From NCBI GenBank assembly GCA_963714275.1, contig CAVQNT010000006.1:384001-448000 (forward strand): 64,000 nucleotides of DNA. Reading direction: 5' to 3'. Shown one piece after another: positions 43,175 through 53,949 of this stretch (its first letter is position 1; each line of letters starts with the position of its first letter). This DNA is from Candidatus Bathyarchaeota archaeon (GTDB lineage: Archaea > Thermoproteota > Bathyarchaeia > Bathyarchaeales > DTEX01). A program made the translations under genes and the position numbers. A model generated the notes under the pieces. It was not told the origin of the DNA and made no database searches. It saw only the letters and a program-made list of their open reading frames with translations.

Positions 43175-45205
43175 TTAGCTTATTTCTGCGCCATTTTTTA
43201 AGGGTTTTTCTGGTTGAAGCAGTACGACGTTCTTTTCGTCTTGGGCAGCTAGAATCATCACTTCGGATTCTATGCCGTAGATTTTTCGGGGTTCAAGGTT
43301 CACTATGATTGCGAGCTGCTGACCTACAAGCTGTTCAGGCGAGTAGTATTTGGCTATTCCTGCCACCGCGGGTTTCACTTGGTTGTCGCCTATGTCGATT
43401 GAAAGTTTCAGTAGATTGCTTGAGCCCTGAACTTGTTCTGCCTTAACAATTTTTCCAATACGCAGGTTCATCTTGGAAAATTCTTCGTATGAAACTTTCT
43501 GGGACGTTGCTCTCACTTTCTCCAACTTCTCCTGAATCTTTTCTTCTGAGTCTTCAATCTTGCTAAATAAAGGTTCAGGTTCATTAATCTTGTGACCTGT
43601 CAGGAGAGGCTTAACCGCGTCTTCCCATTTTAGGTTGGGGGGCAGATTCAGGAATTCTCGAAGTTTCTCGCATGTGAAGGGAATAATGGGTTCCAACAAG
43701 ACAGACAGAGCCTTGACGATCTGAACAGAAACGTAAAGCGTGTTTGCTGTTAACTGGATGTCTTCTTTGATGGTTTTCCAGGGCTTTTTGTCATTCAGGT
43801 ACTTGTTTCCTTCTCGGCTTAAATCGAGGATTTCGCGCGTTGCATCTTGCAGTTGAAACTTTTCAAAACCATTGTCTACTTTCTCGAACGTTTTTTGGAT
43901 CAGTTGAAGTACCTTTTTGTCTATTTCATCTAAGTCTTTTGAGGTTGGAACCTGCCCAGCGTAATATCTGGTTATGAACGTAAGAGTGCGGTGGACAAAG
44001 TTGCCCAGAGTGTCGTTGAGGTCCGCGTTCACTTTTTCAAGAAAAATTGCCCAGCTAAAATTGGTGTCTTTCGTTTCAGGTCGGTTGGCGATTAACGTGT
44101 ACCTCCAGTAATCTGCGGGAAATAGTTCAAGGGCTTCGTCTATCCAGATGCCGATTTTTCGGCTCTTCGACGATTTCTGTCCTTCGAAATTCAGGAATTC
44201 GTTTGTGCTTACGTTCCATGGTAGGTTGTAGCCCTCATGGGTGGCTAACAATAATGCGGGAAGAATGAGAGTGTGGAATGGGATGTTGTCTTTACCTATA
44301 AAACAGAGAACCTTCGAGTCTTCGTTGAACCAGAATTCCTTGTATTTTTCTTCATCGCCATGTTGCCTAAAATACTCAATCGTCGCTGAAACGTAGCCTA
44401 AAACGTTCTCGAACCAAACATAAAGTATTTTATCTTCAGCATCTTTGTAGGGTGCAGGAATGCCCCATTCACTGTCCCTTGTCAGCGGCCTCGGCTTAAG
44501 TCCCTCTTTGATATAGTTTAGGCTGAAGTTTCGGGCATTATCTGGCAGCTGCTTATTATTTTGAATATAGTTCAGGAGTTGCTCCGAAAATTTTGGGAGG
44601 TCGAAGTACCAATGTTTCACTTTCTGGAAAACAGGCGTTTTTCCACATATAGAACAGCGAATTTCAAGAAGTGCTATTGGGTCAATTAATCTTCCACATT
44701 GTTCGCATTGGTCTCCCCTGGCACCTTCATAACCGCAATATGGACATTTTCCTTCAACAAACCTGTCAGGAAGGAAACGGTTGCACTCTGGGCAATAAGG
44801 CAATTCGGCTTCTTGCGTGAAAACGTAGCCGTTTTTGTCTATTTTTCGGTGGATGTCTGTGACAATTTCTTTGTGAACGGGACTTTCAGTCGTGGTATAA
44901 TTGTCGAATGAGATGGTCCATTTTTTGAAAAGGTCAGAAACAAGCGCGTGGTTTCTTTCCGTCAGCTCCTTTGGCGAGATTCCCTGTTTTATGGCTTCCA
45001 CCTCAACTGGCGTCCCATGCACGTCTGAACCGCTTACGAACAGAACCTCGTCTCCCTTAAGCCTGTGATACCTTGCAAAAACGTCGGCGGAAAGTATGGG
45101 TAGAAGGTTGCCTAAATGAAGCACATGTTGGATGTAAGGCCAAGCTGAAGTAACCAAAACTTTAACGAGCGCGGTCAACCTCCAAACAACAGCAATAAAA
45201 GTCAT
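43175..45205 (-). CDS. metG: Methionine--tRNA ligase with C-terminal tRNA-binding domain
   Basis: TSAWPY, LHLGN, Zn knuckles, GKDNIPFH, KSSKS. Confidence 0.96.
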   Translation of the reverse strand: MTFIAVVWRLTALVKVLVTSAWPYIQHVLHLGNLLPILSADVFARYHRLKGDEVLFVSGSDVHGTPVEVEAIKQGISPKELTERNHALVSDLFKKWTISFDNYTTTESPVHKEIVTDIHRKIDKNGYVFTQEAELPYCPECNRFLPDRFVEGKCPYCGYEGARGDQCEQCGRLIDPIALLEIRCSICGKTPVFQKVKHWYFDLPKFSEQLLNYIQNNKQLPDNARNFSLNYIKEGLKPRPLTRDSEWGIPAPYKDAEDKILYVWFENVLGYVSATIEYFRQHGDEEKYKEFWFNEDSKVLCFIGKDNIPFHTLILPALLLATHEGYNLPWNVSTNEFLNFEGQKSSKSRKIGIWIDEALELFPADYWRYTLIANRPETKDTNFSWAIFLEKVNADLNDTLGNFVHRTLTFITRYYAGQVPTSKDLDEIDKKVLQLIQKTFEKVDNGFEKFQLQDATREILDLSREGNKYLNDKKPWKTIKEDIQLTANTLYVSVQIVKALSVLLEPIIPFTCEKLREFLNLPPNLKWEDAVKPLLTGHKINEPEPLFSKIEDSEEKIQEKLEKVRATSQKVSYEEFSKMNLRIGKIVKAEQVQGSSNLLKLSIDIGDNQVKPAVAGIAKYYSPEQLVGQQLAIIVNLEPRKIYGIESEVMILAAQDEKNVVLLQPEKPLKNGAEIS

Positions 45206-45241
45206 ATACTAATACTTAAGTAACACGGAGAAGCAGCCAGT

Positions 45242-46688
45242 TTATGCCTGTGCCTTGTTCTTCATATTCTGGACTTGAACAAGAATGCGCTTCAGTATTT
45301 CTTCGTCAGAAAGGCAACCCGTGGGCGGGTTAACAATTTTTCTTAAAGGCAAAGGCACGTGGTCCATGCGGTAAGCTGTTCCTTCCACCTCGATGCCTGC
45401 AAAAGCTGAAGGAATCACAACGTCCGCCATTAACGCTGTTGGCGAAAGATGTGGATCAACAACGACCAACGGATTCTTAACCAATACGTTGACGGATTCT
45501 CGGGGGAAGCTGGACACAGGGTCAGCAGCTACCACAAGCGCAGCGTCGCAGTCTCCTCGGCGTAATACGTCCACGGCTGAGGTTTCTCCTGGATTGTAAC
45601 GTGGGTAACCGTGAGAGAAGTCCACCGCATACGGGAATCCTGTTTGCCACGTGAAGACTGCGTCAGCCCCAGTAACGTTGTAGTGCCCCCTCATGGGCAT
45701 TATGAGAAATTTTGTCCATCTGTTCAGGTCTTGCGTCAGCTTAATCGCTGCTTCAACGTTTCTGTGTTTTCCTTCGCTCATTGTGAGACCTAATCCAAAG
45801 AAGATGACCCCAAATTTAGAGTTTAACATGATGTCAGAGATTTCTTCAAGGTCCGCTATGGGCACTCCGCCAACCACGTCGATGTCTAGTTCCTCGTCAC
45901 GTACCAAGGCTCGAAGCGCCTGCAAAACATCATAGTCCTTGCCAGGTTCGACCTGTACAAAGTAGTCAGCTATGTCGGCTGAACGTGTCCTGCGAACATC
46001 AACGACTATGACTTTGCGTTCTTCGCCATGAAACATTTCAGACTTAGCCGTGCGTTCTTCTTTGACAGCAGAGGAACTGGCTTGTTTTTCGGTTAATCCA
46101 GACTATCCTCGCTACCTTCTTTCTAATGGAATCAGCGTTGAATCGTTGCCAAAAACATTTCCAGATGCTCTTTTGGAACCTTCCCTCTGAAAGGGCTGTG
46201 TAACGTTCAATGTGGCGGGGATGGGCGCTCCACGGGTTGCTTCCCCAATAGATGATGAGGTCTGCACGGTGCCTTATCTGACCCAAGGTGGCCCCGACGA
46301 GTCCAACATCTTGAACTGCGAGTGTCGAAGGTCCGTGGCAAATTGTAGAAGTGTTGTCGATGGTTCCACCTACCTCTTCAGCTAGTTCAAGTCCGACCTT
46401 GATGGCTTCGCAACTGGTGCAGCTCCAACCATAAAGCAGCGGATATTGCGAATTTACGAGGATTTCCGCGCTTTTCCTGATTGCTTCGTCCATTGATGTT
46501 TCTACGAGTTTTCCGTCTTTCCTTATCATGGAGCTTGTGTTTCTGTGTTCATTGAATTTTTCGAATTTTGCAGCGCTTAGGGCGCATGCGTTCTTTACTT
46601 CTATTATTTTGTTACCTTCGATTATGACCTCTATGTCGTCGCAGCAGCACCCACAAACTGGGCAAACGACATTCAAGACCACAGGCAA
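45242..46688 (-). CDS. fwdB: Formylmethanofuran dehydrogenase subunit B (indel near 46045-46100)
   Basis: CPVCGCCCDD, DNTSTICHGP, YWGSNP...HPRH, MRGHYNV, GTAYRMD. Confidence 0.92.
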
Positions 46689-46701
46689 CTTTGTTTCCTT
46701 C

Positions 46702-47097
46702 TTACATTACTTTTCCTTGGACGTTCAATAAAAGTTCATGAATGCTTTGAATCTCAGAATCGGAAGGTTCAACGGTCGCCTTGATACCCTTCAGCGACGG
46801 CATTCCAGTTCCATCCGTGTTCGATGTTAAGACTTGGTTTACCCACGGACCATAAGGAATGAACGCCATGCTAGGTGTTTTAATTCTTCGTGACTTCTTT
46901 GCTTTAAGCACAACTGAACCAAACTCGGTTGTCACCTTTACGTTGCTGTTATCTTTGATTCCGAGCTTTTTCATGTCTTCCGCGTTCATCTCGCAGACTG
47001 CAACGTTTTCCACATATTCTTCAGAGAATTTGCCTGCTTCTTTTCCGCAACCCTGGTCTATCGTTCTACCCGTCAGCAGCGTGACTTCCAATCCCAA
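46702..47097 (-). CDS. fwdD: Formylmethanofuran dehydrogenase subunit D
   Basis: LLTGRTIDQG, FIPYGPWVN, TGMPSLKG. Confidence 0.92.
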   Translation of the reverse strand: MGLEVTLLTGRTIDQGCGKEAGKFSEEYVENVAVCEMNAEDMKKLGIKDNSNVKVTTEFGSVVLKAKKSRRIKTPSMAFIPYGPWVNQVLTSNTDGTGMPSLKGIKATVEPSDSEIQSIHELLLNVQGKVM

Positions 47098-47310
47098 TCA
47101 TCAACTACCGTATTGTTTACTTTGTATTCGCTTCCGCGTTAATCAACTTACCGTTGAACAATATTAGCGACTTTGTGTCATAAAAGAAATCTACATACAA
47201 TCATTATGAAATTTCTATTAAGCCTTAATATGGCTGAGACGTATATTCCTAAATTAAGACACCACAAAAAAGAGTCGATGATCATACGACAAGAAGCGGA
47301 GAAATGATGA

Positions 47311-48207
47311 ATGCCTAAACTGAACGGAGTTGAAATTGAGGACACTTTTGCAGAGCTTTTCGAAATGTGGGCTGGCAGAATCATAATCACAGCTGAAAAT
47401 GGGAAGTGGGCTCTCACTGCAGCTAATGTCGCAACAGGATACGCTTCCTCGATTATTGGTTCACCCGCTGAAGCTGGCATAGAATCCAACGTTGCATTAA
47501 ATGAAACTCCTGACGGCAGACCTGGCGCGATCATTCAGATTTATCACCAAACGAGGAGTGACCTTAAAAAACAGATGATTGGCAGAATAGGGCAGTGCGT
47601 CATGACGTGTCCCACAACAGCTGCTTTCGACGGTTTACCTTCAGCAGTCAGAAAGCTCAGGGTTGGCAGAAGCCTCCGGTTCTTTGGCGATGGCTTCCAG
47701 AAAAAAGAAGAGTTTGAAGGCAGAAAAATTTGGCATATTCCGGTTATGGAAGGTGAGTTCGTTGTTGAAAGCAGCTTCGGCGCTGCGAAGGCTGTGGCTG
47801 GGGGCAACTTTCTCATCTTTGCATCCGACTTTAGAAGTGGTCTCAGAGCAGCTGAGGAAGCTGTTGATTCTATTCGTCGCAACGCGAAACATGTGATTAT
47901 GCCTTTTCCGGGAGGAATATGCAGGTCCGGCTCCAAAGTTGGCTCCTTGAAGTATAAGCTTCCAGCATCGACTAATCATCTGTTCTGTCCAACATTAATA
48001 GACTATGTTCCAGACACACAGGTTCCGAAGAACGTAAAAAGCATATACGAAATTGTGATCAACGGTCTCGACTTGGAATCCGTAAAGAAGGCAATGAGCG
48101 AAGGAATAAAGGCAGCCGATAAAGTTGAAGGCGTAGTTAAAATTTCCGCAGGCAACTATGGCGGAAAAATTGGTCCTATGAGAATATTCTTACGCGACAT
48201 TGTATAA
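47311..48207 (+). CDS. ftr: Formylmethanofuran--H4MPT formyltransferase
   Basis: NGVEIEDTFAE, TPDGRPG, RIGQCVMTCPT, RSGSKVGS, SAGNYGGK. Confidence 0.96.
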   Translation: MPKLNGVEIEDTFAELFEMWAGRIIITAENGKWALTAANVATGYASSIIGSPAEAGIESNVALNETPDGRPGAIIQIYHQTRSDLKKQMIGRIGQCVMTCPTTAAFDGLPSAVRKLRVGRSLRFFGDGFQKKEEFEGRKIWHIPVMEGEFVVESSFGAAKAVAGGNFLIFASDFRSGLRAAEEAVDSIRRNAKHVIMPFPGGICRSGSKVGSLKYKLPASTNHLFCPTLIDYVPDTQVPKNVKSIYEIVINGLDLESVKKAMSEGIKAADKVEGVVKISAGNYGGKIGPMRIFLRDIV

Positions 48208-48356
48208 TAGAAGCTTTTATTGGTCCATGTCTTGGCTGAAGCGTTCTTCCCCATGTTTTATGTGCAAAATTTCCTTAAATATTAGTTTATTATGAACAGA
48301 AACCAGAAGCGAAGACTTACATCGATGTTAGTTCAACTTTTTCGTGCGGGACTTAC

Positions 48357-49281
48357 ATGACCAAATGTTCAGTTTGTAAACGGAACAAAGCTTTTTATGT
48401 TCGGGTTCACTCAGGGGAGAAACTTTGCAGGAAATGTTTTCTCAGTTCAGTCGAAAACAAGGTTCGGGTCACAATTGGCAAACATCGAATGTTCGACATA
48501 AATGACCGAATCGCCGTTGCGGTTTCAGGAGGAAAAGACAGCGTCAGCCTCCTGCATGTACTTTCAAAGATCGAGGCGGACTTTCCACAATCAACTTTAC
48601 AGGCAATAACCGTCGACGAAGGCATAAAGGGATACAGAGACGAAGCAGTAAAAAATGCAGAGGAAAACTGCAGCCAACTCGGAGTCAAACACTTAACGGT
48701 GTCTTTCAAGGAGACTTTTGGCTACACCTTGGACGAGATTGTAAAAAAGACCTGCAATGAAAAGATGACGCCGTGCGCCTATTGCGGAGTTCTGAGAAGA
48801 AGAGCCCTGAATGTCGCAGCGAAGCAGGTTGAAGCATACAAGATTGCCACAGCGCACACTTTGGACGACGAGATTCAGACTTTCCTCCTCAACATTGTGC
48901 ACGGTGACCCATCAAGAATAGCCCGTTCAAATCCTGTTTTCAGACTCGAAACATTCGAGGCTGGTGCCAAGGGTGAAGCCTTTCTGCGAAATTACGGAAC
49001 GAGAATCCGCGTTATACGCTTTTACGATACGTATACCGTTTCAGGAGATGCCTTGCCCTTACGCAGGTGAAGCCCTAAGGAATGACGTTCGTAACACGCT
49101 TAACAGGCTTGAGGAAAAACATCCTAGCATGAAATACACCATTTATGGGTCTATGGAGAAAGTTCAACATGCATTCGAAGCAACAGCTGAAGAAACAATT
49201 TTGAAAGAATGCCAAGAATGTGGAGAACCGACAACCACAAACCTATGCCGAACTTGCCAAATCCTGCAAAAACTTGCATAA
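48357..49281 (+). CDS. tRNA 2-thiolation protein (TtuA/Ncs6 family; indel near 48950)
   Basis: N- and C-terminal Zn fingers, SGGKDS PP-loop, CAYCGVLRR, CPY. Confidence 0.9.
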
Positions 49282-49318
49282 CTATAAAGACTGTGAAGCA
49301 GGCAGAACAAGAGAAAAT

Positions 49319-49647
49319 GGCGGGCCACTGAGGTTGGACGCACAGTTTTCACCGGGTTCCATCGGACTCTTCACTCGTACCCGCACCCCTCTGAGCGCCG
49401 AACGTCCAAGCCTAGGTTGCTCCCTCCCGGGCCTAGCCAGGTTCACCTGGCAAACACAGTAACGGCCTCCTTACAGAGGACGCTCCGCGACCGCCAGCCC
49501 CAGAGGACGGATACTCATAGATGGACGACCGAGGTTCCCTGTGATCTTTTACGCCTCGCCTCAGCTGTCAGTCCGTCGTGAAGGGGGTTTACGGTCAAGG
49601 CTTTGAAGCCTCTCAAGGGACCCCTAGCCCCCCACTTGAGACCCGCC
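49319..49647 (-). ncRNA. ffs: Archaeal signal recognition particle (SRP) RNA
   Basis: Minus strand has the helix-8 motif TAGGCCCGGGAGGGAGCAACCTA, complementary ends GGCGGG...CCCGCC, about 330 nt GC-rich, TTTATTAA box upstream. Confidence 0.92.
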
Positions 49648-49697
49648 AAGAAAAACTAACGCTTAAGGATGTTAATAAAAGCTTTTGGAAATCTAAC

Positions 49698-50978
49698 TTA
49701 ACCTCTCTTCAGAATCTGCATCAGCATGGGCATTAGTTCGGTTCCGTGTTCTAATATGTCTAGGCTTCCTTTTCGGCAGCTTTTTCGGAGAATTCTTTTA
49801 TGCCGTCTGGTATGAGTTTGGCGCTTGCTATCAGTAATGGCACAGGGTCGTCGCTGTGGGCTTTCAGTTCGCACGGTGTCGAATGGTCAGCTGTTACGCA
49901 AATAAGTGTTTCTTTGAGGTTGATTTTTTGCATGATCCGCCCAAAGAAGTGTTTGTCGATGCCTGCGATTATCTGGGTCTTGTGTAGGTAGTCGCCGTCG
50001 TGCCCAGGTTCGTCGGGTCCTTTCAAGTGAATGTAGAAACAGTCGTATGACGGAAGGAGGTTCAGGAGGTTTTCGACCCTCATTTTCATGTCAGCCTCAA
50101 TGTCGGGAGAAGGAGGAGGAAGCTCAACCAAATCCATCCCCGCCAGCCTCGAGATTCCTCTTTCAACAGGCATGTCAGCTAAACAGGCAAAACGGACTCC
50201 GTAACGCTCATTGATGTCAAAGAATTTAGGCAACTCGTCACCTGCATCCCTTGACAATACAACGTTTGCCTTCAATTTTCCCTCAACTGCCCGCATCAGG
50301 TTCACCTCGTGCTTGTCCAGAACCTTGTGGCTTTTCTCGGTGAACTCGTTCACGAGCTGCGCCGAAATCTTCGCGGACTTCGTGTCAGCCATGGGCAAAC
50401 ATTCAGCTAGAACCATCTCAACATCTTTTTTGGCAACTCCGAGACCCGGACACTCTTTCATATGCGGGGTCTGTGTTCGAAATTTTGCCCGAAAGAAGAG
50501 TCTTCTTGCTTTTTATGACTAAGACGCCTCGGTGCCCAAGCGTGCTTTTAAAATATAATTCTGCAGGATGGGATTCCAGCTTCACCTTTTGGTTCATTTC
50601 TTCAGCAAGTATCGCTGCTTCTTCGGTTGACAGGTTTCTACCCGCTCTCCGGTCGATCAGTCTATTATTTTCGCCGAGGGTGGCAAAGTTGCATCTTAAG
50701 GCTAGGTCGCCGTTTTTCATGTCTAATCCAGCACCGTAGGCTTCCAGAGGTCCTCGTCCAACGTGGTACCTGTAAGGATCATAGCCTAGAATCGAGATGA
50801 CTGCCACGTCGCTTTCGGGCGCAATGCCTCTCCCAACAGTGTACATTAGACCGAGTTTTCCTTTGGTTGCCAAAAAATTCATGTTAAGGGCGTCAGCGAA
50901 CTCAAGGGGCGTTTTGTTGCCAAGCTCCGGGATAGGAAGGTCGCCCATGCCGTCTATAACCACATAAATGAGTTTCAG
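49698..50978 (-). CDS. apgM: 2,3-bisphosphoglycerate-independent phosphoglycerate mutase (indels; probable CTG start)
   Basis: IDGMGD, GIAPESD, GRGPLEA, HLKGPDEPGHDG, TADHSTP, HSDDPVP. Confidence 0.92.
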
Positions 50979-51151
50979 GGGTTGTTCCGCTCCTATAATT
51001 TGTTTGTATAGTTGCATCAATATGCTGTTGGGAATCTATAAAACCTTATAGTTGCCATATTGAGGAAAGGAAGAATTTACTTTAGGCACAGACAGACTTA
51101 TTAGAAAAAAAAGGCAAATCTAACACAGCATCATGGAGGGAAAGACGGATT

Positions 51152-52193
51152 ATGCCAGTTTTCACGGCTGAACAGTTAGGGAATGTTGGAACCAAAATTT
51201 TTTTGGCTGCAGGTGCACCGCACGAGGATGCTGAATGGGTTTCGAAGCTCCTCGTTAAAGCGAATCTCGTAGGGCATGACTCTCACGGCGTCATACGAAT
51301 CATGCAGTACGTGAGGGCAATCCAGAAGGGAGACATTAACCCGAACGCAAAAACTGAGGTTGTGAAAGAAACTCGTGCCTCAGCGTTAGTGAACGGAAAT
51401 TGGGGATTTGGACAAATAGTTGCTAGAAAAGCTATGGAAATCGCCATCAGCAAGGCACGGGAGAACACATGTGCCACCGTCTGTGCCTATGATTGTTATC
51501 ACATTGGTAGGCTGGCGGACTATTCGGAGATGGCTGCCGAGAACGGCATGATTGGATTAGTAATGGCGAACTCTCCCAGAAGCGTAGCAGTCTACGGAGG
51601 ATTGGACCGTTTGCTCAGCACTGGACCGTTGAGCTACGCTTTTCCAACCAGCGGCAAAGTTCCGTTCGTTCTGGACATTGCTACGAGCGTTATCGCGGAA
51701 GGGAAAGTCAGGGTCACGCTTCACAAGGGAGGCAAACTTCCAGAAGGCTGCATAATCGACAAAAACGGGAATCCGTCCACGAATCCCTCTGACCTCTACG
51801 ACGGTGGAGCCTTGTTGCCTTTAGGTGGCGACTCTTTTGGGTACAAAGGGTTCGGGATTGGGCTCGTAGTCGAGGTTTTAAGTGGCATCCTTTCAAAGTC
51901 AGGCTTCTCGTACCTGCCTGAAAAAAGGGGGAACGGCTTGTTCTTTCAAGACTATTGACATTGAAAGCTTCATGCCTGTTAACGAATTCAAGGAACAGGT
52001 TGATGCCCTCGTCCAAAAAATCAAATCATCGAAGCTCAGACCCGGATTCACGGAGATTCTGATACCCGGGGAACCTGAATTCAGGACTGAAAAGGAACGG
52101 TTGAAGAACGGAATCTCAATACCCGACAGGACTTTGGAAGAGATCAGGGCTACGGCGACAACATTAGGTTTGAACGTGGACACCTTAATTTGA
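51152..52193 (+). CDS. Ldh_2 family (malate/L-lactate/sulfolactate) dehydrogenase (indel near 51950)
   Basis: GHDSHG, HIGRL, LDIATS, GYKGFG, LIPGEPE. Confidence 0.9.
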
Positions 52194-52413
52194 CAATGAT
52201 TGCCTTGGGTTTGGCGTGATGATAAAAAAATTTTAATAATGATTTTTTTTCATTGTTTGATGCATTTTCCGTTATTGTTTTACGAATTTTTTACAGTTAA
52301 ATGTTAACCATTGTGGTTAGCCTTGAAGAACGGGATATTATTTTCTGATATACACGCATGATGGAAAGATGTTTAACCATACATTGTTATTATGAAACGG
52401 GCTAGGCGGGCAT

Positions 52414-53209
52414 ATGGGTCTCACCGATCTTATTGCGGATCTCGATTCTTACCTCAAAACGGGAGAAAAAGAACTGGAAGCTCTACATAATCTACTGCTT
52501 AATGGCAGGATTTCTCGATCAACTTTCGATCTGGTGGAAAAGAAGGTTAACCGAAAAAAGTCGCTTGTCTCGGAACTGAAAGAAGCCCTCAAAGCGGAAG
52601 AAGACTACTGGCAGAACAGCCTTTCGGACGCAACTCGGATTTTAGAGTGTCTTCTCGTAGAGTCTGAACACAGGCATCTTCTGGGCGAAATCAGCGAAGA
52701 CGAACTAAAACAGAAAGGCAGCATCATAAGCCTTGGGCTTGCATCTCTTACGAACAAAGATATTTCAGTAAATACCGTGATACAGGAGCCTGCCCAGCCC
52801 TTACAGATGACCCTTGAGCGGCACACGATCCCAGAGAATGCGCCAAAGCAAGAGATAATGGCAGTAGAAGAACCAGTAGTAGTGAAAGAAGAGCTAAATC
52901 ACTGAAAAGCCAATAGCAGATGAACCTGTTGCACCACCAACCTTAGCTGAAGAGAAAGTGGACATCGAATCTGTTCAACCCAAAAAGTCGCCTAACGGAG
53001 GACAGGCACCCAGCAAACGCAGAAAACCTCTAGCCAAGGAGCCGCCTGAAGTTGACTCTTCAGTTGGCTCGTCGGTTCACTGCATGAACCCGTGGAAGCC
53101 GGATTGCCGAAACACCGACATCGAGCTAAGCATTTACTATAAGGGACGTTCAATACCCATTTGCCGTAAATGCTGGGAAGAAATCTCCGACAAGAACATC
53201 GAATGGTAA
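52414..53209 (+). CDS. CdvA-like coiled-coil protein with acidic linker and C-terminal Cys4 motif (probable indel near 52900)
   Basis: ALHNLLLNGRISRSTF and LECLL...HLLGEISEDE resemble the CdvA helical repeats; CMNPW..C...PICRKCW at the end. Confidence 0.6.
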
Positions 53210-53297
53210 ACTCGTAAATAATGGAACATTTTACACGCAATTCTTGCATATACAAAATCTATAGACGCATTTTAGAACTGAAGTTTCAAGCGTTTCC

Positions 53298-53405
53298 GTC
53301 TGGTCTGATTTGTTCAACATCCGAATTTGGTGTTTGAACAACAAATACTATCTTCAGGAGGCTATCTGATTTGTGTGACATTAGAGTTTTTTGTTTTTTT
53401 GTTAC
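53298..53405 (+). repeat. Dispersed 61-bp-unit repeat, copy D (2 units)
   Basis: TCTGATTTGTTC at 53304 and TCTGATTTGTGT at 53365. Confidence 0.8.
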
Positions 53406-53458
53406 AATTGGTGTCTTTTATCTTTTATGAATGGTTCCTGAGACATTCGTTGAAGCGT

Positions 53459-53911
53459 CTACTTAATCATTTCGTCCAGTTGGCAGTAACCTGCGTTCAC
53501 TCTTTTCTGCATTTCTTTGACCCAGTTGTCGACTCCTGCAACCTTGATTCGCTTCAAATTCTCTAATGTGCCCACTAGATGTAGCAGTTTTTCGCAGGTG
53601 TCCATTTCGGTGCATTCTACGCAAGTTACGTAACTTTTTTGTCTGCAACACTGACGAACAACGCAGCTTGGGTCTCCGCCACCGTCAACGCATCCTTGGC
53701 ACTCACCAAAGAGCTTAACGAATCCGTCTAGAACCTTCTCGAATTCTGCGTAATGTTGGAATGCTGGTTCATATTTTGCCAGTTCTGGAGCGAACTTGTT
53801 GAAGCCGTAAGCGTATATTGTTTTTCGCAGGTTTTCAGCTGCCTGTTTTATTCGACCTTGTTGTATTCCGCAGGCTCCGCAGTATAAGCCGCAATAGCCC
53901 ACCAATTTCAT
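53459..53911 (-). CDS. DUF3795-like Cys-rich protein
   Basis: GYCGLYCGAC, CQGC, CVVRQCC, CVEC...CEK. Confidence 0.82.
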   Translation of the reverse strand: MKLVGYCGLYCGACGIQQGRIKQAAENLRKTIYAYGFNKFAPELAKYEPAFQHYAEFEKVLDGFVKLFGECQGCVDGGGDPSCVVRQCCRQKSYVTCVECTEMDTCEKLLHLVGTLENLKRIKVAGVDNWVKEMQKRVNAGYCQLDEMIK

Positions 53912-53949
53912 ATTGTTGCCACTCAACAACAGACACCTTCCACATAATG

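Noticed and set aside
49220-49462. 80-aa ORF downstream of the tRNA thiolase
   Set aside because: Overlaps the SRP RNA on the opposite strand.
7361-53405. Interpreting the 61-bp repeats as a CRISPR array
   Set aside because: Only 2-3 degenerate units per locus, and the would-be spacers are homologous between loci rather than unique.
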